Shown: piece by piece, positions 1 through 10,447 of the stretch
How positions within the stretch are numbered: position 1 is the stretch's first letter
Layout of the letters: each line of letters begins with the position of its first letter
DNA from: Promethearchaeota archaeon
GTDB lineage: Archaea; Asgardarchaeota; Lokiarchaeia; Sigyniarchaeales; SOKP01
DNA length: 64,000 nucleotides
Assembly (NCBI GenBank): GCA_016839585.1
Contig: JAEOTZ010000056.1
Span: 11,016 to 75,015 of the forward strand
Direction of reading: 5' to 3'
Made by a program: the position numbers and the translations under genes
The notes under the pieces: generated by a model
Database searches by the model: none
What the model saw: the letters and a program-made list of their open reading frames with translations, nothing else
Told to the model about the DNA's origin: nothing

Positions 1-243
1 ATTTGGTTTTTATTTCTAAACTTTTATTTATTTAGACTTATAAATTTTTAGATTTCTATTGTAAAATATAAAGTATTACATGGGTTATTTTATATTGATT
101 TTGAAATATCTCTTTAATTCTTATTTGATATAGTTTATTAAAGATATTTATATGTTATCTTAAAGATATTTATAATTATTTAAAAGTAAATAATAATTTT
201 TAAATGAAAAATCATAACTTTTTAATTATTATAAGGAATAGTA

Positions 244-1623
244 TTATTCCTCTTTTTTTAATTTGTGAATAGTTTCTTTTGCCTTTTCTGCAATCACATG
301 AGTTTCTTTCTTAACAAATTCTTCTGTTTTTTGTCCTACTCTTCCAAGTTGACCCATAATCCATTCAGGAGAACCCACTCCATTAAAATACTCCATCCAT
401 ATATACATCATTAAACCAAGAAATCCACAATAAGCAACAAACACAATAGGGAAAAATATTATCGAAAATTGTCCAATATACAAGGGAAGAAATAGATATT
501 GAATTAAAAATAATGATAAACTAACTTTCCCATAATAGATAATCATTTTTATGAATTGATTAGATTTTTTCTTTATATCAATGAAATAAAAACTCACTGC
601 AATGATGAGAAGTGCAGCACCAAGATTATAAAACATATTTGACGTTGTATTTCTTATCATGAAATCTGGCATTCCAATAAAATGATAATAATCTTGTTGA
701 TTGGCAATTCTTAATAAATCAACATGTAAATACTCTGATTTAAAATCTAAAAATTCTTTGGATTCATAATCCGAAAACGTATGTAACCAAAAGCCTAATG
801 TAAGGCCTAGCACGACTAGGAAGACACCCCATCTTAAAAAAGTTTTAAATAGTTTTCTATATGATTCATCAGTTCCAATTATCATAGCATCATAAAGATA
901 TTCTCCGAATATTGTGGAGATAAAACATATTGCAAGCCAAGGTAGTAAAGGTACCTGGGGGAGTGGAGATGTTATTAGGAAATGTAATATCAATATACCT
1001 ACATTATCATCCTTATAAGTAAATAGGAAATCTCTGATATAAGGTGAAATGAAAATAATTATAGTGCCTATCACAGCTCTTACAATTTTACCAAATTTTA
1101 ACACATAATAAGAAAATATTTGTGAGAAACCTATGAATACAAGAAAATTCCAACCCCATAGATTCATAGGAAATGCAATATCTTCACCAGAAGTATATAA
1201 CGACATTGGGTTAAAAAGTATACCTATTACAATAATTATGATTCCTCGAGTTAAAATACGATTACGGATAATTTTAGATGATGTTTTGCCCTTCTTTCGC
1301 TTAATACTGAAGATAACACTAAGGGCTGAAAGAAAAACGAATAAGGAGGGACCCAATATATCTAAAAAAGCAAAAACAAGACCATATATATACCTCCAAT
1401 CATCATCGACCCATGCAAGTGCGGAATGTGCTAAAATTATAAAACACATAGCAAAACCCTTAACAAAATCTATTGAAGCAATTCGCTTAGGTGATGACAC
1501 ATCCTTAATATCTTCGATAGGAATCTCTTCTTTTAAATATTCCACTAGTGGTGGCGTTTCTACGCGTTGAACTTTTTCATTTGTAGATGACATTATGATT
1601 ATCCTATTATAATTAAAACTCAA
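244..1623 (-). CDS. Membrane acyltransferase, HGSNAT/DUF1624-like (heparan-alpha-glucosaminide N-acetyltransferase domain)
   Basis: N-terminal RIASIDFVKGFAM..ILAH motif, FVFLSALS segment and multiple TM helices. Paralog of 2962-4341. True start is probably the ATG of MSSTNEK. Confidence 0.7.
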   Translation of the reverse strand: MSFNYNRIIIMSSTNEKVQRVETPPLVEYLKEEIPIEDIKDVSSPKRIASIDFVKGFAMCFIILAHSALAWVDDDWRYIYGLVFAFLDILGPSLFVFLSALSVIFSIKRKKGKTSSKIIRNRILTRGIIIIVIGILFNPMSLYTSGEDIAFPMNLWGWNFLVFIGFSQIFSYYVLKFGKIVRAVIGTIIIFISPYIRDFLFTYKDDNVGILILHFLITSPLPQVPLLPWLAICFISTIFGEYLYDAMIIGTDESYRKLFKTFLRWGVFLVVLGLTLGFWLHTFSDYESKEFLDFKSEYLHVDLLRIANQQDYYHFIGMPDFMIRNTTSNMFYNLGAALLIIAVSFYFIDIKKKSNQFIKMIIYYGKVSLSLFLIQYLFLPLYIGQFSIIFFPIVFVAYCGFLGLMMYIWMEYFNGVGSPEWIMGQLGRVGQKTEEFVKKETHVIAEKAKETIHKLKKEE

Positions 1624-1671
1624 TTAAATAAAGATTAAAAAGAATTAAGAAGATATTATTTTAATTCTTTA

Positions 1672-2937
1672 TTATTGTTGCTTATAAAAAATAATTAGTG
1701 AAAAATAAAGTAGAAGTAATAAAATTAAACCACATAAATTGAATGGAAAGAATTCATAGGTAAGGTAAAAGATACCCCATGATATTACAACTAATATAGC
1801 CAACAAATGATGAACAAATCTAATTATATTATAATATTTAAAATTCTTATTAATTAAGGTAAAAAGAATTATGAATGGGGTTAATATAACTAGATAATGT
1901 GGCCAAGAATCATAATAGGTGATTAATATGACACTAATTCCAATTAAATATCCATCAATTAATCCATTTGTCTTATTCGATGAAAGTATAAAATATGTTA
2001 ATATTGGAATCATAAATAATAAAATTGTTATTAGGAAAAGAATAAAATTGCTAACATTGAATTCAATCAATTGAAAAAGAGTTATAAGGTTTCGACTAAG
2101 ACTAAAAGAAGCATTTATATCTAAGTTTCCAATAATTGTTGTGTAGTTTCCTGTAAAATTAACCTCAATAAAACCTTCTAGCAATCCAGGGGAAACTATA
2201 AAATAAATACTAGAGATTAGCATTAAAATTAATATACCAGAAAGCCTAATAAATGTAGTTTTAAATTGAAAGTCAATTTTCTTGGTGGTTTTTGAGTAAT
2301 ATACGGGTAAAATAAACGGTATTAAAAGGATAAGTGTGGGTTTAATTAGGATAGCAAATCCTAACATTAAACCTCCAATAAAGTTGCTTTTATCATCTCC
2401 TTTTAAAAAATAAAAGACTGAAGTAAGAATAAAAATAGAAACTAAAGTATTGATTTGCCCTAAAAAATAATTCATAAATTGAGGGAGCATTATTATCAAT
2501 ATAGCGTATTGATAAAGAATACTGTTATTCTCGGGTTTATTAAAGAGATCTTTAAAATTTTCTAATTCATAATTGAGATTGTTTAAATTTGAATATAATT
2601 GGATAATCTTATAAATGAGATAAATGATAATAATATTCAAAAGAAAATTGAAAATTTGAAAAACAAAATATCCTAATTCAAATCCTAATATTGAGAAAGG
2701 AGTAAAAAAATAAGCGGATATAGGGAAATATCTGAATGGAAAAAGATATTTTGAAGGATTGTATAAATTGGGTAAATCTTTTATTACTATTAAACCCGCG
2801 TTATAAAAAGTAAGGAAATCATTATTATCTTTATTCATTATAGGACTATTTAAAAAATAGAAGAAAAAAAAGGTTAAAATTAAGTAACCAAGATTTGTTA
2901 CGCAAGCAGAAATAAAAAAAAATTGTGTAGGTTTCAT
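1672..2937 (-). CDS. GT87/DUF2029-family (GT-C fold) membrane glycosyltransferase
   Basis: DF..FY, FRYFP, GQIN, IKP and WPHY motifs in a polytopic membrane protein. Confidence 0.7.
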   Translation of the reverse strand: MKPTQFFFISACVTNLGYLILTFFFFYFLNSPIMNKDNNDFLTFYNAGLIVIKDLPNLYNPSKYLFPFRYFPISAYFFTPFSILGFELGYFVFQIFNFLLNIIIIYLIYKIIQLYSNLNNLNYELENFKDLFNKPENNSILYQYAILIIMLPQFMNYFLGQINTLVSIFILTSVFYFLKGDDKSNFIGGLMLGFAILIKPTLILLIPFILPVYYSKTTKKIDFQFKTTFIRLSGILILMLISSIYFIVSPGLLEGFIEVNFTGNYTTIIGNLDINASFSLSRNLITLFQLIEFNVSNFILFLITILLFMIPILTYFILSSNKTNGLIDGYLIGISVILITYYDSWPHYLVILTPFIILFTLINKNFKYYNIIRFVHHLLAILVVISWGIFYLTYEFFPFNLCGLILLLLLYFSLIIFYKQQ

Positions 2938-2961
2938 TTAAGATATCATTTGAGTTAATTT

Positions 2962-4341
2962 TTAATTCTCTTTGTCTTTACTTAACTTTTTCATAAAATC
3001 TTCCATCTTTTTGACTCTTTCGCGCTTTTTGATTCTAGCATATACTTTTTTAGTAGTTTTCTTAACTGCTTCTCCTGATTTCTGTCCAATTCTCCCAAGC
3101 TGCACCATAAGATATTCGGGTGAACCCACTCCATTGGCATATTCCATCCAAATATACATTAAAATTCCTAAAAATCCTACATATGAAAGACCAATAACAA
3201 GATATAGCGCTACTCCAAATCGATCAATAAAAAGGGGTATAAATAAAAAATGTAATAGAAATAGGCTTAAGGAGACTTTACCATAATATATTAATACATT
3301 AGTGAAATCGTTTGATTTCTTCTTAATATCAAGAAAATAAAAAAATATAGCAATTATAGTCAATGCAGCACCTTGGTTATAAAACATATTAGCACTGGTT
3401 CCTCTTATCAGAAATAATGGCATTCCGAGAATTTCAAAAAAATCTTGGTTATTAGCGACTTCTAATAAATGTAAATGAGGATATTCAGCGATCCCTCCTA
3501 TAATAGTATCAGCAGTCATTAATTCAAAACCAAAATTGGGAAGTGGTGCAAAAATTCCTATTATGATGAAGGCAATACCCCAAACTAAAAATATTCGGAA
3601 TAGTCCTATATAAGCATCATCTGTTCCTTTATTCATTGCTTCAAAAATATATTCGCCAAAAATGGTAGAAATAAAACATATTGAAATCCATGGGACAAGT
3701 GTTAAATGAGGAGTGGGTGAAGTTATAATATAATGAAAGAAACTTATTAATAAATTTCCTGCTTCTTTACCTTCATAAAGAAATGCTCGAATATAAGGTG
3801 AACTAATAATAATTATTAAACCAATTACGATACGCCACTTCTTTTTAAGTTTTAATATATAGAAGGAAAATATTTGAGTGAATCCTATAAATGTAATAAT
3901 ATTCCAACCAAATATAATTACCACAACTTCTCCTGTTTCTGGATCAAGACCTACTAAATTAGTAATCATTCCAATAATTATCATTACTATTCCTCGTGTA
4001 AAAATACGATTTCGGATTATCTTATTCGGTAAGACACCTTCTTTTCTTTTAATACTAAATATTACACTAAGTGCAGAGAGAAACACAAACAATGAGGGTC
4101 CAAGAATATCTAATAAAGCAAATAAGAGTCCATAAATGTATCTAGATTCAGAATCAAGCCATCCTTGAGAAGTGTGTGCTAAAATTACAAAAATTATCGC
4201 AAATCCTTTAAGAAAATCTATAGAAGTTATACGTCTTGGAGAGGCATAATCTCTTATATCCTCAAGGGGAATCGCTTGCTGTAAATAATTAAAAAGAGGT
4301 GGAGATTCAGTTTTTACTTCTACTTCCATTTGTGATGACAT
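2962..4341 (-). CDS. Membrane acyltransferase, HGSNAT/DUF1624-like, paralog
   Basis: RRITSIDFLKGFAIIFVILAH. Shares long blocks with 244-1623 (LDILGPSLFVFLSALSVIFSIKRK, YYGKVSLSLFL, NGVGSPE). Confidence 0.7.
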   Translation of the reverse strand: MSSQMEVEVKTESPPLFNYLQQAIPLEDIRDYASPRRITSIDFLKGFAIIFVILAHTSQGWLDSESRYIYGLLFALLDILGPSLFVFLSALSVIFSIKRKEGVLPNKIIRNRIFTRGIVMIIIGMITNLVGLDPETGEVVVIIFGWNIITFIGFTQIFSFYILKLKKKWRIVIGLIIIISSPYIRAFLYEGKEAGNLLISFFHYIITSPTPHLTLVPWISICFISTIFGEYIFEAMNKGTDDAYIGLFRIFLVWGIAFIIIGIFAPLPNFGFELMTADTIIGGIAEYPHLHLLEVANNQDFFEILGMPLFLIRGTSANMFYNQGAALTIIAIFFYFLDIKKKSNDFTNVLIYYGKVSLSLFLLHFLFIPLFIDRFGVALYLVIGLSYVGFLGILMYIWMEYANGVGSPEYLMVQLGRIGQKSGEAVKKTTKKVYARIKKRERVKKMEDFMKKLSKDKEN

Positions 4342-4449
4342 TTTTACTCAAATTATTATTAGTCTTTTTTACTTAAAAATTTAAAAAAAAATAAATTTGT
4401 TAAATTTTATCTTTATAATATTCCTTTTGAATTTTTATAGTTTTTCAAT

Positions 4450-4887
4450 ATGGATAAAGTAAAATTTCAAATCAAGCTTAAAAAAAATCTGGATTTCATA
4501 ATTTTCGGATTCACTGGCTCAATATTACTTATATTATCTGAATTTTTTTCTTGGTTTTCTAATTATACATTATTAGACAGGTATGTGATTGCTACAAGTG
4601 TTGCAATTGAAGATTCTTTTCTTTATTTGTTCCCGTTTTTAAGTGGCATCATTTGTTTTGCTGCAAGTATTATTGTTGTCTACGATTTTAAACTTAGAAT
4701 TAAATCAGTAATATTATCATCTGTTGGTATAGGTTTCCTATTAATTTTTTTCATCGATTTTCTCTCTCAAGAAAGTGATTACATCTTGAGTTTAGGAGTT
4801 GGTTTTTATTTGTTTTTAACCGGTTTTCTTTTAATTGTAATTAATGTAATAAATATATTATTAACAAAAGAGAAAGGATCAGGATAA
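4450..4887 (+). CDS. Hypothetical membrane protein (about 4 TM)
   Basis: 145-aa hydrophobic ORF, co-oriented with the next gene. Confidence 0.6.
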   Translation: MDKVKFQIKLKKNLDFIIFGFTGSILLILSEFFSWFSNYTLLDRYVIATSVAIEDSFLYLFPFLSGIICFAASIIVVYDFKLRIKSVILSSVGIGFLLIFFIDFLSQESDYILSLGVGFYLFLTGFLLIVINVINILLTKEKGSG

Positions 4888-4902
4888 AATTTAACGATTA
4901 AT

Positions 4903-5787
4903 ATGGATAGTAATGAAAAGTCAAATCAAAATGATAGTCAGGATGTAGAAGGAAGTTTTTACTACGCATTAGGTCATGAATTACGTAGAAAAATTATAAA
5001 GATAATTGGAGATAATGAGTTTTCTTCATTTACCCTGCTTAAAAAAGAACTAGGAGTAAGTACAGGCACAATTTATCATCATTTGGATACTTTATCTGAA
5101 TTAATCGCACAAAAAGAGGATAAAAAATATTATCTAAAAGAATTAGGTGTTCATGCTTATAATTCTTTAAAAGATGATATTGAATTAATTAGAGAGAAGG
5201 GTTTTGCAATTAGAGAGTTTAAATCGCCTTTTTTAAGAAGATTAATGGTGATAACATCTAAAAGATTTATTCAATTTAAAAAAGAAGATAGAATATATGC
5301 AATTTTAATCTCAATCGGAATATTAATAATTGGGACAATATTAAGCCGATTAAACCAATTTTACCCCCTATTACTATTTTTTATAGAGACTAATGAAAAT
5401 AATTTAGAACTTAACTTTCAAATTTTATTAATTCTTAGTTTTCTGTTAAATTTTATAATATATTTTATCATTATTGAAGGAATTTCTCGTCTATTTTATA
5501 ACAAAAATGAAAATACGTTAAATTTTTTTATATCTTTTGCGATTGTATTTTTCCCTATGATATTATACCTATTATCACACTATATTTTTGTATATTTTGG
5601 AATTATTCATATTGCTTTTATTAATTTTTTAGATAAAGTCTTAATGATCGTGCTTCAAGTATGGTCGTTATGGCTATTATCCTATAGTATGAGTATAAAG
5701 AAAGGGTTAAAAATCGAAACAACCTTGATTGTTTCTCTATTATTACACTATGGTGGTTTTACGATTATTTTACTAACCTTGATTTAA
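4903..5787 (+). CDS. ArsR-type winged-helix regulator fused to a C-terminal membrane domain
   Basis: ALGHELRRKIIKII...SFTLLKKELGVSTGTIYHHLDTL, followed by about 5 TM helices. Confidence 0.75.
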   Translation: MDSNEKSNQNDSQDVEGSFYYALGHELRRKIIKIIGDNEFSSFTLLKKELGVSTGTIYHHLDTLSELIAQKEDKKYYLKELGVHAYNSLKDDIELIREKGFAIREFKSPFLRRLMVITSKRFIQFKKEDRIYAILISIGILIIGTILSRLNQFYPLLLFFIETNENNLELNFQILLILSFLLNFIIYFIIIEGISRLFYNKNENTLNFFISFAIVFFPMILYLLSHYIFVYFGIIHIAFINFLDKVLMIVLQVWSLWLLSYSMSIKKGLKIETTLIVSLLLHYGGFTIILLTLI

Positions 5788-7084
5788 GAACTTTGAAATC
5801 AAATTGTTCTAAAGTACTTAATATAGCATTCAACCTATTTTTTGACGAACTTAAATCTTTTGTTTTTGTTGCGAGAAAACAAGAAAAGAATTTTGATTTA
5901 TTAAATGAAATTGGAGGAGTAACAAGTTCAGAGATCATATTCAGTAATTTTGGAAATAAGGACTCTTTGATTTCATTAATTGATTTAGATCCAGTATAAA
6001 TTAGCTCTATTCTAGAGAAATTTGAATGGCTATGGTATTTTAATTTTACAGGTTTCATTGAATTTAATTTTGAATTTATTATTAACTCAACTGGATTAAT
6101 ATCAATTACATTTCTAAGTCCTATATATGATGTTGTTAATCTTGGATTGATTTCTAAAAAATGAACGGTTTTATTTTTTTTTTGTATGAAATCAATACCA
6201 TAATACCCGCTAAATTTTGATAGATTAATTTTATTTAATATTTTAGATAAATAATTTAGTATTTCCTTTTGATCTTCTACTGGTGTATATCCTCCAAAAT
6301 ATTCAGATTTAATTTTAAGGTTTGTTATTTCTACATCTTGTGAATTAATACTTAAAAAAATAGGTGTAGCGATTTGAGAATTTAAATTGGATGAACTACC
6401 AATTAAAGAAATACTTAAATCTCTTCCGTCAATAAATTCTTGAAGTATATAGGTTCTATTATATTCAAAACTATTATCCAAACTATGAAAGAACTCTCTT
6501 ATTTGATTTTCACTTCCAAAATAATAAATTGATTCTGCACCAACCCCATCTTCAGGTTTAATAATAATAGGACGTTTTAATTCCTTAAATTTTTGGATAA
6601 TGAATTCTAAATCAAATTTTTTATTCCTTAAAGGTATTAGATATGTTTTTGGAGTATTTATTTTATTTCTTTTGAAAAAACTATAAGTCATTATTTTTGA
6701 AGTACCTAATTTAATACCTTCTAAATCCACGCTTAATATTATCCTTTTATAATTTTTAGCAATTTCAGTTAACTCATATAAGATATTCGAAGATTCTGGA
6801 GCAATTATAAAAATATATTTACAATTTCTAACTTGATTCTTAAAAATATTAATGTAGTTATCTTTAGCATCAACTTTATGAATTATATCCGCTTCCAATA
6901 AATTTGATAAGAAGTAAATTCGGTAATCTAATATTGTACTAATAATAAAATCCATCGCCTTAAAATCTGCGATAATAGATCTTAACATACCAAATCCTTC
7001 ACAAAATAAGGAAGAGGGTATATCAACTTGATTAAAACCACCACCGGATACAAATTCGAAAATAAAAACATAATTTTCATTCAT
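5765..7084 (-). CDS. ATP-grasp protein (MfnD/tyramine-glutamate ligase-like)
   Basis: FEFVSGGG, EGFGML, IIAPES, IIKPEDGVGA, LQEFIDG, GYYGIDF, EINPRLTTSY. Confidence 0.8.
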   Translation of the reverse strand: MNENYVFIFEFVSGGGFNQVDIPSSLFCEGFGMLRSIIADFKAMDFIISTILDYRIYFLSNLLEADIIHKVDAKDNYINIFKNQVRNCKYIFIIAPESSNILYELTEIAKNYKRIILSVDLEGIKLGTSKIMTYSFFKRNKINTPKTYLIPLRNKKFDLEFIIQKFKELKRPIIIKPEDGVGAESIYYFGSENQIREFFHSLDNSFEYNRTYILQEFIDGRDLSISLIGSSSNLNSQIATPIFLSINSQDVEITNLKIKSEYFGGYTPVEDQKEILNYLSKILNKINLSKFSGYYGIDFIQKKNKTVHFLEINPRLTTSYIGLRNVIDINPVELIINSKLNSMKPVKLKYHSHSNFSRIELIYTGSKSINEIKESLFPKLLNMISELVTPPISFNKSKFFSCFLATKTKDLSSSKNRLNAILSTLEQFDFKVLKSRLVK

Positions 7085-7242
7085 TTTTTATGTACATTAA
7101 TAATTTTTAGAGTTCTCTACATCATGTTTTCAATTATTCTAAAATTTTTCTTATTTATACACTTTCTACTTAGTTTTTTCTTTTAAATATATTCACTATT
7201 ATTTTTTTATTTAAATAGACTGAGAAGAAAAAAGTTATAATT

Positions 7243-7564
7243 ATGATAAATATAAAATTAAAGGTTAAAGATGCTTTTAAAGCCGATTTAAAATGGCAAA
7301 AATATTTCAATCATATCGAAAAAAATATTTGAAAAAATCAAAACCATAACGCCCATTTTTTTTAATTTTGGGGAGGCTGGCTTTTATTATAAAATATCAG
7401 TGGATTTAGAACTTATTTTTCATTTACGATTTGATGATAAAATATTTGAGTATGTTTTATTTTATCAAGGAGAACCAGAAGAATTTGGTGAGTCTTCCTA
7501 TAATCAAACTGTTCAAGCAGATATCGAATATATTAAAGGAATTATAAATCTTTTTAGTCAATAA
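7243..7564 (+). pseudogene. Frame-shifted ORF missed by the ORF track (about 100 aa if repaired)
   Basis: The ATG 7243 frame (MINIKLKVKDAFKADLKWQKYFNHIEKNI*) stops at TGA just after an A7 run. The +1 frame continues IFEKIKTITPIFFNFGEAGFYYK...NLFSQ* to 7564. Confidence 0.5.
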
Positions 7565-7672
7565 TTTTTAAAAGATATTTTTAATCAGTAATAAATTTAA
7601 AGAAATCTTAAATTTAATAAAATCGATAAAGCAAACTCATTCATCAAAAAATATTAAAGGAAATAATAAATA

Positions 7673-8953
7673 TTGTTATTTAACATAATTTTTAAAAAAA
7701 AAATTTTTCTTGGCGTTTTTTATATGATGTTTGATGAAGAAACCTTACGACGCATCAGATATCTTCACTTCTCAATTAAGAAAATAGAAGGGGCATTAGA
7801 AAAAGAAGATGAACACTTTAACTTAGATGATCTAAATTTCATTCTAGAATATACTAAAATATTGAATATTAATTATGAAAGTGAAAGTCATAGAAGAATT
7901 TTAAAGGAGCTAGATATAACCCCTATTTTTTATGATCCGATTGAGAATCGGGAAATTCAAATCCAAGATATAATGTTTGAGTGTGGAAGGGTATTATGGG
8001 TTATGGCAAGAGCTTATTCCCAACTTTCCGAAATTTTTGAAGAAGATGAAGAATGGGAAAATTCTATTGTTGCTATGACCGAATGTAGCAAAATTTATAA
8101 AACTGCGGCATATTTTACCGCAGCAGCTATTTATCAAAATGATAAAAGCATAACCTTATCTTCTGATAATCTTGAATTAAATTCTGAGGAAGCTAGAATT
8201 TTAGCTCAAAGTATCTCAGCCTTACAGGAAGAAAATAATAATAATATATATTTTGCTTCGAAATTGTATTCAGGACTTTCTGCTTTATCAAAACGTTTAT
8301 TCTATTTAAAGAAGCATGAAGAAGAAAAAAAACAACAAATAAGAGCACAATTTCATTATGATATGGGGAAATCATGCTCTCTTAAAGCTAAAGCATCATT
8401 AGAATCCTCACTCACAGATATAAATCAAGAAAAAGTCAGAAAACTACAGCAAAAAGCACTATGGTATTTTATAAAAGCAAGAGATATTTGGGAAAATATG
8501 CTTCAAAATCTTCCACCTTCAAGTGAAGAAAAAGAAAATATAGATTTAAATTTATCAATAGTAAAGGAGAATCTTAAAGAGAGTAATGTGGAACAATTAG
8601 AGTATGAAGATATTAAAAAAATCCAAGATCCAGAACCTATAGTTATAATTCCAGAGAATTTAGCCCCGTTTGTGCCAAAATCAACAATTTATTTAACAAA
8701 ATTCGTGCCAAAAGATTTGAATATAAAGAGGTTCAAATCTTTTCAAAGGAAAAAATTAGAACAAAAAATTCCATACAGTAAACGTGAAAAATTAGCAGAT
8801 AAGAGAGCAGCAATAGTTAGAACAATAAACGAGTTAAAATTATTAAAAGAAAATAAAGAAATTGATGTTGATAAGTTCGCTGAACTTATGGAAAAATACT
8901 CAATTAAACTAAACATGATTGAATCTGCTATAGAAAAATTAACAAAAAAGTAG
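7673..8953 (+). CDS. Hypothetical alpha-helical protein
   Basis: Long ORF, helical and charged. Likely start is MMFDEE. Confidence 0.65.
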   Translation: MLFNIIFKKKIFLGVFYMMFDEETLRRIRYLHFSIKKIEGALEKEDEHFNLDDLNFILEYTKILNINYESESHRRILKELDITPIFYDPIENREIQIQDIMFECGRVLWVMARAYSQLSEIFEEDEEWENSIVAMTECSKIYKTAAYFTAAAIYQNDKSITLSSDNLELNSEEARILAQSISALQEENNNNIYFASKLYSGLSALSKRLFYLKKHEEEKKQQIRAQFHYDMGKSCSLKAKASLESSLTDINQEKVRKLQQKALWYFIKARDIWENMLQNLPPSSEEKENIDLNLSIVKENLKESNVEQLEYEDIKKIQDPEPIVIIPENLAPFVPKSTIYLTKFVPKDLNIKRFKSFQRKKLEQKIPYSKREKLADKRAAIVRTINELKLLKENKEIDVDKFAELMEKYSIKLNMIESAIEKLTKK

Positions 8954-8973
8954 AACAATCTTATTATAAGTAA

Positions 8974-9453
8974 TTAAAAATTATCTATTTCTCCGAGTAT
9001 TGGTTTTTTTTCTTTTTCTATATATTTTTTCCGATTTTCTTCTATTTTAAAATCTCTCTGTGATTCTTCTAAGAATACAAGATCGAAAACTTCCTTTAAC
9101 GCTACACAGATTAGCATTGCTTCTATAAGAGAAATCAGAAATGCCATCATTATTTCTAAATTATGTAAGTTTTTAAAGAAAATTGAAATAAAGAAAAAGA
9201 AATGAGGAGTATAAAGAATGGTAACTATTCCTAATCTTTTTCCAAATCTAATAATATTTTTATTCTCTAATTTAAAGACTTTTTCTAATCGAATAACTTC
9301 CATTAAGTAATATATACAAAACACTATATTTATAAAACATAGAATTACAATAAAATCTCTATCATGAGGATCCAATGCAATATAGGGTTTTAGAATAATT
9401 GATCCTATCATAAAAGTTAGTGAAAATAAAATTAAAACCAATCCTAAGGACAA
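8974..9453 (-). CDS. Hypothetical membrane protein
   Basis: Four hydrophobic segments. The frame stays open a few codons upstream (LDYKDFHDGL) behind an AGGTGA SD-like site. Confidence 0.6.
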   Translation of the reverse strand: MSLGLVLILFSLTFMIGSIILKPYIALDPHDRDFIVILCFINIVFCIYYLMEVIRLEKVFKLENKNIIRFGKRLGIVTILYTPHFFFFISIFFKNLHNLEIMMAFLISLIEAMLICVALKEVFDLVFLEESQRDFKIEENRKKYIEKEKKPILGEIDNF

Positions 9454-9621
9454 TAACCCATCATGAAAATCTTTATAATCTAAAGTATTATCACCTTAAA
9501 TTAGAATGTAATCTTTCTCCAAATTGCTTAATACAATTAAAACTTTAATTTTGATTTATATTTAGATCAAACCTTAAATCAAATAAAACTGCTTCTAATT
9601 AATATCATTTAATGATTAATT

Positions 9622-9939
9622 ATGGTAATTTTTATTTTAGGGAAACTTTATCTAATTATGTCTATCACAAAGGAGCAAATTGCACTATTGCTTTATATTA
9701 AAAATATGCTTGCAGATTTAATCTATATTAATGGTGTAATTGCAACAGAATTAATTAAAGTAACAGAAAATACAGCTGTAATTCGTCGTGGAGAAGAATT
9801 TTTAAGTACAACTAATTGTCTTGCAGAGCATAAAGAACTAAACGAAAAAATAATTGAGATAGTTAAGAAATATAAGAATCCTGAGGATTTCATAAGCCTA
9901 GAAAAACATGTATTAACGCATTTAGACAATTCTGAATAA
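9622..9939 (+). CDS. Hypothetical protein
   Basis: ORF heading a co-oriented run. Likely start is MSITKEQ. Confidence 0.6.
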   Translation: MVIFILGKLYLIMSITKEQIALLLYIKNMLADLIYINGVIATELIKVTENTAVIRRGEEFLSTTNCLAEHKELNEKIIEIVKKYKNPEDFISLEKHVLTHLDNSE

Positions 9940-9997
9940 ATTAAAATAGATTTTTATCCAAAAATTCAAATATTAACAATAGAGGTATAATTAATTT

Positions 9998-10438
9998 ATG
10001 TCTAAGGATGATTTTGATGAATTTGTTAATAAACTTCAAAAAGAGATTATTGACAAAGAGCTTAAGGAATTTAATGAGAGAATTATAGAATTGTTCCATA
10101 ATCCGAGAAATTGGGGTAAACCACCCAATGATGAAATAACTGAAAGCCATATTTATGAGGGTTCTTGTGGAGATACTATGCAATTTTTTTTAAAAATCAA
10201 AAATAATAAAATTGAAAAAGCTAATTTTATTACTGATGGATGTGGTGCTACTGTTGCATGTGGAAGTCAAATAACTATGCTAATCGAGGGGAGATCGTTG
10301 GAATTTGCTGAAAATCTAAAATCAAAAGATATAGAAATGGCTCTAAATGGTCTTCCAGAAGATCATAAACATTGTGCTGAACTAGCTATAAGAACTTTAA
10401 GAAGGTTAATTGAAAAATATAAATATAAAAAAAATTAA
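9998..10438 (+). CDS. iscU: IscU/NifU-like Fe-S scaffold protein
   Basis: FHNPRNWG, GSCGDTM, TDGCGATVACGS and HKHCAELA supply the three conserved Cys. Confidence 0.9.
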   Translation: MSKDDFDEFVNKLQKEIIDKELKEFNERIIELFHNPRNWGKPPNDEITESHIYEGSCGDTMQFFLKIKNNKIEKANFITDGCGATVACGSQITMLIEGRSLEFAENLKSKDIEMALNGLPEDHKHCAELAIRTLRRLIEKYKYKKN

Positions 10439-10447
10439 TCTTGTTTC

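Noticed and set aside
7328-7333. TGA as a selenocysteine codon in the 7243 ORF
   Set aside because: Read-through meets TAA within about 10 codons, and there is no redox motif context.
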